A stretch of DNA of 61,391 nt, filler included. It is 10 parts of 10 records of this genome, joined end to end, with 100 filler letters (N's around TTAATTAATTAA, not from the genome) between each part and the next. Parts side by side here need not be neighbours in the genome. Positions count along the whole stretch, not along the records: positions 46,465 to 49,653 come from SRR7504441_8044; positions 49,754 to 57,865 come from SRR7504441_8051; 8 more parts are not named here. One strand, 5' to 3'. Position 1 is the first letter of the stretch. Each line of letters opens with the position of its first letter. The translations under genes and the position numbers were made by a program. The notes below the pieces were generated by a model that did not search any database, was not told the DNA's origin, and saw only the letters and a program-made list of their open reading frames with translations. Positions 46,736-55,700 of the stretch are shown one piece after another.

Positions 46736-49149
46736 TTATTGATTGGATTGGCTATTCAATGTTGCCTTGGCCATTGCTTGCTGCATGCCGGTCATACTTG
46801 ACACTGTTCGGTTCTCCTCCTTGCACTCGCTAGCTGTACCATCAGCTGCTGGCTCGCTCATCTTCGCATCACTCACCTCGCTCCCCTTATCGCTCGCCTG
46901 CCGGGGCGAGTGCTTGCTCGATGGCCCCGTCCGGCAGCCAGTCGACCAGAACTTGTGCCTGAGCGCCTTGGACGGCGTAAACCTCTTGTCAGGGTCTATC
47001 TCCAGGCAGCGTGAGATAAGGTCAATGAACTGCCCACCAGTGAGCTCACCGGCCGATCTGCAAGCCCACCTGCAGCAGACTCTCATCCGTCACTCGGCCG
47101 GTGTCGTCTGTCTTGATTTCATCTGAGAGGGACACTCCATCAGTTCGCTTGCGGCGTGAGATACACGCGTAGCTGCCCCAGTCATGAGCGGCCAGCCAGC
47201 AGGCAGGAGCTACCCAATTGCGCGGAACCGATCCTGGAAAGAGAGAGGTTTGGGCTGGCTCTCAAACCGCTCGCCCTCCTTGGTCCCGGGCAGGAAGAAC
47301 CGCCGGCGCTCCATCATATCAGCGGGGGGCAGCCCGAGCAGCGAGGTGATCTTCATCAGCTGGTCTTCAGGCCCCTTGCCGTTGAACAAAGGCCGGCCTG
47401 TGTACAGCTCGAACAGAATGCACCCAAACGACCACATGTCGATCTGGGTGGAGTATGGACAGCCGATCAGCACCTCCGGGGCCCGGTAGAATCGGGACTG
47501 GATGTATGTGGAGCCTTGCTCACCGCCAAAGCAGGACGAGCCAAAGTCTATAATGTTGATCTTTGTCTGTTTTCGGTCAACAACCATCACATTCTCTGGC
47601 TTAAGGTCACAGTGGATTAGATTGACTCCGCTAGACGCCGACAGTATCTGCAGCGTGGGCAAAATTTGGATCCCAAACTTGCGCACCAGCTTGAGTGAAA
47701 GCCCTCGAAAGTTTTGATTCTTGAGCAATAAGTACAGGTCGTATGCGAGCTGCTCAAACACCAGCGCCTGGTGGCCGCAGTGCACGAACGAATTATGCAG
47801 CTTCACAATCGACGCCTCCGGGTGTTTACTGTTCAAGAATCGCAGCGTCTTGACTTCGCGTCGTGACTGCTCAAAGCAGTGCTTCCGGCTGCAAGTCACC
47901 TTGACGCAGACTCGTCGGCACGTCTGCCGGTCGAATGCAAGCCAACACTTGCAGAATGCTCCCCCACCAATTACTGTGTGGACCACGTAACGGCCGTGCG
48001 TGTCGATGCACTCGCCAGGCTCACACAGATAGTTGCCCTGCTGGTCCTCAAAAGTGTTGTTGTTCTGCTTGAGCCGTTCGACCGCCTGGCCTCAAGTTAG
48101 GCAGAGCCCCAGAGCTCAGAGGCACCTGGAGCAACAGATCTATCTTCGCGTATAGAGCGAACGCATTTGGGGTCGGCGTTGATAACACACATTGCTCGTA
48201 GGCTGTCTCTACTGCCACACTCTGCGACAGTATCAGGAGGTGGGAGCTGGCATGGCAGAGCACCTCTGGCTGATGGCCGTTTAAATGGAGCCAGCGTGTG
48301 ACTGCCTGTTGTAACTGAGCCTGCAGGTGTACGTGCTCCTCGTCCCACCCAAGGCCCCACGACTCCGTGGCTGCCTGATGGTCTGCTGTCCCATTTGCTG
48401 CGCAGCACCCACTCAGCCCTGCAGCACCGGTGGCCAGCTCACTGTGGGCAGTCCAACTAAACTCGCGGAGCATCTGGCAGCGCTTCATTAGCTGCCACAG
48501 ATGGCATTTACGCGCAGCAGCAGACCTGTGCCAACCAGCCCTGCTCAGGCGTTTCTGCCAACCCAAACCAGCTACACAACGCTAGGCAGATCCAGCGGCA
48601 CACAGGGCAGAGTGGCGGCGGGAGGTTGGGCTCGCACCCTGACTTCTTCTTCATCTGGGTTTGCTGTTGCTGCTTCATCTTGATCATCTTGTACGTCTGA
48701 GCAATGTTGACAGTCAGCTTTGTCACCGGGCCATTCTCATTCACTCGGCGCCGGTCGGCCGGCGATTTCCTGTAAAGGCCCCAGAATCAGTCGCACGAAT
48801 CGACAGCGCGCGCTAGGCAGGCGTGGGTGGTGCTCGCTCACTTTCGCTTTTGCGGCTGTGCAGCCTCCGGATTGGCTTTTTGCACGTTGTCCTCATTTGA
48901 GGCGGAGGTCTCGTTGGTGGTGGTCTCTGTCGCTACCGGCTTCTCATCCGTGTCGCGCGATCCGACCGAGGACTCGTCCTTTGGCCGCTTGGCTGATTGG
49001 TCGTTGGCGTTGGCTGCCGCCTCTGCGCGCTTCCGGGACCGGGTGGTGGGCGGGGAGCATCGGCTGGATGAGGTGTCGTTGTTTATCGCCGAGTCAGACG
49101 ATGACTCTGGCACGTTTTTGCACTCGTCGGCGGTCTCGTTGAGCTCCAT
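46736..49149 (-). CDS. DYRK1-like dual-specificity protein kinase (5' end uncertain)
   Basis: PVTKLTVNIAQTYKMI (DYRK1 N-terminal motif), DH-box-like EDQQGNY, LLKNQNFRGLSLKLVRKF, IHCDLKPEN, IIDFGSSC, YIQSRFYRAPEV. Confidence 0.88.
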
Positions 49150-49754
49150 TGCCGCCGGATCGAGGGATTGGGCCTGAACCTCTGAACCAGCTATGTGCCC
49201 GGGCGGGCTCGGTCGGAGCGCGGGGTGAAGCAGTCGTGCGGGGGCGCTGTGGGCACCAGATCGCCGGCACTGACCGTGCGCGCCGGTGCTCAGGTGTCGC
49301 CTTGCACTGTCAGCACAACAGCGGGTACGCCAGCTGGGGGATCTGGCGTTGCGCCACCATGGATTCCGCTGCAAATCTTTGGTTGAGGAGTGTTCCACGA
49401 TTAGCAATGCTTGAAAGGCATCTTGAACAGTGACGTGGACTGCTGGACCAAACCGTCGTCTAGAACCTGAATTAATTAATTACGCCCTCTTTCTACAAAT
49501 TCGTAGCTAAGAAGAACCAAAGGTGAGTTTATCATAGACTCCCACCCTGCTCAGTTACCGCTCAGCCCACTTACACTTGTAAACCCGTGGATTGTTCACA
49601 CTTGAGGACTGCGCGACTGCGCACAGTCGGGCCTGTCAGACACTGATCAGCACNNNNNNNNNNNNNNNNNNNNNNNNNNNNNNNNNNNNNNNNNNNNTTA
49701 ATTAATTAANNNNNNNNNNNNNNNNNNNNNNNNNNNNNNNNNNNNNNNNNNNNC

Positions 49755-52700
49755 AGGGAGGGCTTGGCTCACTACGCTGACGCGTTCAAGATGCACAAGA
49801 TCGATGGCAAGAAGCTATGCCTCTTGGATGAAGCCAACTTGCAGGACCTTGAAGTGGCACTCCAGCTGGACCGTCAGGCTATCTTGCAGGCCATTGCGTG
49901 CGGCGAGCCTGCAGCAGGCTTGACGTATGCTGGCTTGTGTGGGGACCAGTCCGATGTCAAGCAATATTTGCCACAGCCACTCAACGGAGGCGATACTTTA
50001 GCCGTAAATGACAGCTGCATGCCAGAGCCGATGGGAAAGGAAGCTGGGTGTCGTCAGCCCATGAGCCCTCTTAGGTATGCATTGAATGAGTCACAAGAGG
50101 GTCCACATCATCTGCATCAAAGCATGGCTCTATGGAATGCTCGACTTTTGGAATTGCATCAAGAAGTTCTTCAGAGTCCTCAGGAGTCTCGGGCCAGGTT
50201 GATTACAAAGGTGAAAGTGTTTGAAGATCGCCTACATAGAGCACAAGACGAGTCGACTAAGCCAGTGTTGACTAAGGCTGGGTATTTCACCAGCCCATCC
50301 ATCACTAAATTGCGAGCAATGACAGCAGATGAGCTGAGCCAGGTCTGTGGGTTTCTCGTGGGTCGGGTTGGAGTTGGTTGCATCGAGTGGGACGGGGCAG
50401 TTGACCTCAGAGGCGCCAACATGGATCGGGATATTGTGATCGAACGAGCAGCTGTTGAAGTGTATCCGGTAGGAACACGTCCAACTCGCGGTATGCTGCT
50501 CAATCGAGCTTGTGCAGTAACACTGTATGGGATATCTACCTCTTTGGTCAAGGAGTTACAACCTATGATTGTGGCTGGGGGCGCTGAATCCATGGCTCAC
50601 GATGAGGGCTCGAGAACATTTCAGTTCCGAATGACGCACTCTTCACACTATGGCATCGAGTCTTCCAAGCTTGACCAGACAACAGGAATCGACTGTGACA
50701 TGCTGAAAACGTATTCGAGTGCGTCCCTTGCAGATTGGGTGCGTCAACGGAAATGGATTTGCTGTCCTGTTGCAAGCGTTATCCTAGCAGAGGTGATCAT
50801 AGACTTAGAAATCGATGGCAGGCAGCTTGCAACAAATTGCACTACAGTAGTAGGGTTGCTATCTCAAGAAATTGGTATGGACCTGGAAGTCATTGGCCAC
50901 AAAGCCAGTCATGCACCAGAAGCTGACGAGTGTAGCAGCTCCGAGACAAAAGCTAGCAGCAGTACCACCCATGAGAAGGATGACGGCTCGCCTAAAGGAC
51001 CCACCCATGATTCGAGTACAACCCTTGACTTTGTTGATCAAAGTATACACAAGATTTTGGGCCAGCTTCCACCAAACGACAGCAATTTGTTTGAATTCGG
51101 ACTCACAAGTAGAGAAGCCGAAAGGTTAATACAAGAGTGCAGAAAGCAGTTTGCTACCGAGATACTAGTCACAGATCTGTTTGCAAACCCAAGTTCAGCT
51201 GCCTTCAGTACTTTTTTGACAGCGAAGCTTGACTCATCGGGGCTGCCAAAAGGCCCACAGTACAGAGGACCAAAGTGTGTACCTGGTGCTGAGCATAATG
51301 CTGTGAAAGACAAAAAAGGACAAAATTCTCATCCAGGGAATTGTCAAATTCGCGAGAATATAGACGACGGCAGCACACCACCATCACCGCGAATTGCTAC
51401 TGATGGAATGATAGACTCTGTGGAACTTAAAGAAAGGCCAGTCACTCTACCTCAGCTGGGGTACAAGCAGATCAATATAGCTGGAATGGCTTGCTGCCTG
51501 GCTCATCCCATTTGTACTCCTCAACAAGCCTGGTGTTCTTTGCTCAGTTTGCGGTGTCACCTTGCGCAACATGTGCCAAACAGATGGCAGCAAGCCTGCA
51601 CACCTGCTTGTGTACCAGATGCTGTTTTGAAAGGAGGCTTTCTTCGTGACGACCTTGAGACTGACTTGCTCAATGCTGGCAGTGTTTCAGCCGACAAAGC
51701 GCCCAAGCTTGACTTGCACATCCGACTGTTGCTTGACAGCACCCTCCGAGCTCTCAAAGACGCCAGTGTTGACAGCGCGTCTATAAAATCTAAAGCTCTG
51801 GCAACATGTACAGCTTCGAACCCAAGTGATTTTGTATTACCCATCAGTGACTTCACTATAGCCCGTTCTTTGGCCTCAATGCTGCGGATCTCTGGGCCTC
51901 ATCAGAATCATAATGCAGCATGTGCTTCAGCCTACCTGGCCATCCACCATGCCTTAGAGATGCTGAAGAGTGATCAGTGCTCTGATGGAGTGGTGGTGTC
52001 CGGAGTGTCATTGCTGCTGAAACCCGACTCAGCACTAGCGCTATTCTCTGGGAAAGTCCTGTCACCTTCAGGCAAGATGCGACCATACGACGTTGCTGCT
52101 GATGGGATGGTGTGGGGTGAGGGCAGTGGGGCGCTCTTGCTCCGGCTTGGAAGCGAGCACCACGCGCTACTGGCAGGATCAGCAGCCAACTGCAACAATT
52201 CCTTGCTGCCAGCTGGATTCACATCGCCAGAGAACATCTCACGTGCTGCAGAGGAGGTGCTCACAAAGGTGCAGATTTTGCCAGATGCGCTGGCTGTGTG
52301 CCACCCTCACGGCATGGGCAATCCAGGCTCGGACTTGCCAGAACTGGCGGGGTTGTTAAAGATGTTGAGAGGCCGGAAGCAGAACTCAGACCCTGTGGTG
52401 CTCGTTGGGCACAAGGCAGCCTTTGGGCACTCAGTCAGTGCAAGTGGATTAATTTCAGTAGTAGCTACGGCATTGACTATGCAGCATCGCAAAGTCTCGG
52501 GCCATGTTGGGGTGTCAGCCCCGGCACAGATCATACAAGACGCACACCCAAACATCCACTTGCCGATGGGTGCACCTGTGGTGTTCACGACTCCAGAAAG
52601 CGCCCACCTGCATGGTTCTGTCAGTGGCACGTCATTTTCAGGTGACAATGTGCACTTGGTGGTGCAAACAAGGGATTCTCCTGAGACTTTATGCTTAGCC

Positions 52701-55700
52701 GGTCGGCACGTGCAGCTAGCTGCCATCACAGCAGAAACTGGGTCCATAGATATTTCAACCGAGTCTGCAGTCACAACAGACTGCAAATTACATGTGGTAG
52801 ACCACAATCCAGAAAATAGCCAAGAGTATTTGGATCTACCGAACAGAAATTTGAATTCAAAACCACACAGTTTCACATCTGTCCCAGCAGTCACCACTGA
52901 AGTATCCCTTATGACTTTGCAGCTGGGAGGCAGAAATAGGAAACACGAATGGAGGCAAGATCAGGATCTCGGCCCAGACACGTTGTGCCAGATAGCTATC
53001 ACTGCAATGGCGTGTCGCCTACCTGCCGGGATTGATACCCTGGATGACATGTGGATATTTCTTAGCGATTGTTACTGTGCCATCACCAACACCACGCCTG
53101 GCTTTCTTGAACCGCTCCTTGAACATGGGGCTGTATCTTCTGCTGCTGCCTACCTGGAAGAGATCATAACAACTGAAGAACGGATTGATCCTGTCCCAGC
53201 TATAGTGGTCGACACAGCACGTGAGGCGCTTGCTGAGGCTAGGCTGGATCTTGCCAACACTGTTGCCGTGTTTGCATGCAGCCCTGTGGTTATGGCTGCG
53301 CAAAAGCTGGTCGAAGCTGTAGGGCCGCACCCCACTGTCTGCGAAACAGTCGACGCCACTTCAACCTCCTCACACCTGGCCTTACATAAGGCAAAAGAAG
53401 GCTTGTCAGCAGGCACATATCCAGCGGCACTTATTGTAGGCGCAACCCTGATCATTAGCAATGAAATCTCGAACCCTGCCATCGTCTCCATCGTCTCGAG
53501 CAGCAATCGGGTTTCTGCGTTCGATGAAGCTGCAGATGGGCTCCTGTTTGGTGAGGGAGTTGCAGCGGTGGTCCTGCAGCGCGCTGATGTTGCCTGTGGC
53601 GAAAGCCACGCCTATTTGCTTGGTTCTGCGGTTACACACAACGGATCAGAATCCCTAGATTTTCCAGACGAGCAGGCAGAGCGCAGAGCAGTCCAACTCG
53701 CGCTGCAATCATCATGTGTGAAGCCGCAGGAGATCAGTTTTGTCGAGATGACTGCCAATGGCACCCCCGTGGGCGATGATGTTGAACTCCATGCCGTAGG
53801 CAGTGTGCTCAATGTTGAAGCTCGGACTGAACCAGTGGTAGTTGGGGGATTCAATGCGAACCTAGCACATCCAACTCATTGCTGTGGATTAGTATCTCTT
53901 TTCAAGGCAGTGATGCAGTTGAAGCACAGGCAGGTGACACCAAACATCCATCTACACAATGCGCTCAGTCCGATCACTACTGGCCAAGCTTTGGCACCCG
54001 TTACGAGGCCACACGACCTGCCGCCAGATGGCCGGATTCTGGCGTCGGTCCACGGGCATGCGACCAGCGGTGTGAATGTCCACCTGATTCTCTCAAGCTC
54101 CAAGCCAGCTGACCGGGACCAAAGGGTGCAATCTGCCGTCCCACAGGCTCCCACCCTTTACCGCCCAGGCTACAGTGCTGTGCCCCCCATCGTGCAGCTG
54201 CGGAGGATGAGTGCTCAGCAGCTTAGCAAGGTAGCTGGCTTTAAGCTGCAGCGAGTGGACATAGGATCTGTTCAGTGGGAGCAGCCTGTGGATCTGCGAG
54301 GAGCTGACTTGGACCTTGTGGAGCTCGATCATGCAGGCATCAGTGCTGCTCAGCTGCCATGTCTCAACCAACCCTGCGTGGTGCACTTGCAGGGCATGTT
54401 TCCAAAGCCTGGGAAGGGACTCAAGTACTCTGGGAAGCTGCAGCGAGCAGTGGAGCGGCGGGGACAGGAATGGCTAGGCTATGATGAAGCTGCTGGAGAG
54501 ATGATGTTCAAGGTGCACCACTTCTCTCGAATCCGGTTTGACGACGACCTGTCGGATTCAGACGAGGCCCGAACCGATTCCAGCTCAAAATTGCGCAATC
54601 AGTCATCTGGCCAGGACAGTTTAAGAGTGTACGTTAGAGGGAATGGACCTGCAACACAAATATCTCCTGGTACCTTCGAGATATCAGAGTCAGATGGGAG
54701 CGAGTCGGATGGCTCTACCGCGCCTGAGCAACAGCCAGTGGGACATGCTGTCAAGAGCTCGGACCAACTGAAAGGAGCAGTTGATGCATTTGTAGTGAAC
54801 TCGGCTAAGGAAATAATAGGTTACGCGGTTGACAGAGATTGTAATGTGTTTGAAGCTGGATTCCAGAGTGTCGACGGCACTCAGTTGGTATCCCGCTGTG
54901 CTCAGCACTTTGACATGGATGTCACCCCGATCGACTTGTTTGCGCGACCTGTTCTTGCTGATTTTTCTGAATTTCTGGTACAAAGATTGAGCAGCAGTGT
55001 ACCTACCATGCTTAGGAGCACTGCCAAATCTCCACTACAAGGCAGTGGATTCTTGGACTCGACATTGCCAAAACGTAGAGGGGATGTCACTTCCACGAGA
55101 ACTGCAGGTGACCCAGACGCGGACCGACTGGCGTTGGCAAGTTCAATCCAATCTCGCATTATACCAATTGTCCGCCAAGTGCTCGACGTGCCTGACAGTG
55201 TGACTGATGAGGACATTGTGGCAAGCCATGGTGATTGGTTTGGGCAAATAAAAAGTGTGCAAGCAGTTAAGCTGGCGCGAGAATTGAATCGCCAAATCCC
55301 TGAGATGGGGATCACACCACTTGATATCTTGAAATGCTCCTCGGGAGCTGAGCTGGTGTCTTGTTGCATCGAGAAGATCGCAGGTGTCGGAGTCGAAACC
55401 CACGCGACTATGGTTGAACCCCCCCTGCTAGCAGCAGGACCTCAAATCGACACAGGCGCTTCTGCAGACAATTACAAGGTGCGCAAGGACAGTGTCGCTC
55501 TGCAGGTTGCGCAGCGGCATTCGACGTGCAGCACCACGATAGCTGCCCTGCTGCAGGCACTAGGTATCTTCAGCCTAGTATCCATCTCTGCCATCGCCTT
55601 CCTACCGGGCTGGCTTCTGCTGGCGCTGGCAGCAGAGCACATCGGGGATGCCGCGGCGCTCTACATGTTGCCGCTGGTATTTGTGCCGCTGCTACTGTCT

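Noticed and set aside
48086-48640. Unusually long regulatory intron in the DYRK gene
   Set aside because: It contains further 40-42 nt introns and in-frame exons (..AKIDLLLQ|AVERLK), so it is more likely a coding insertion.
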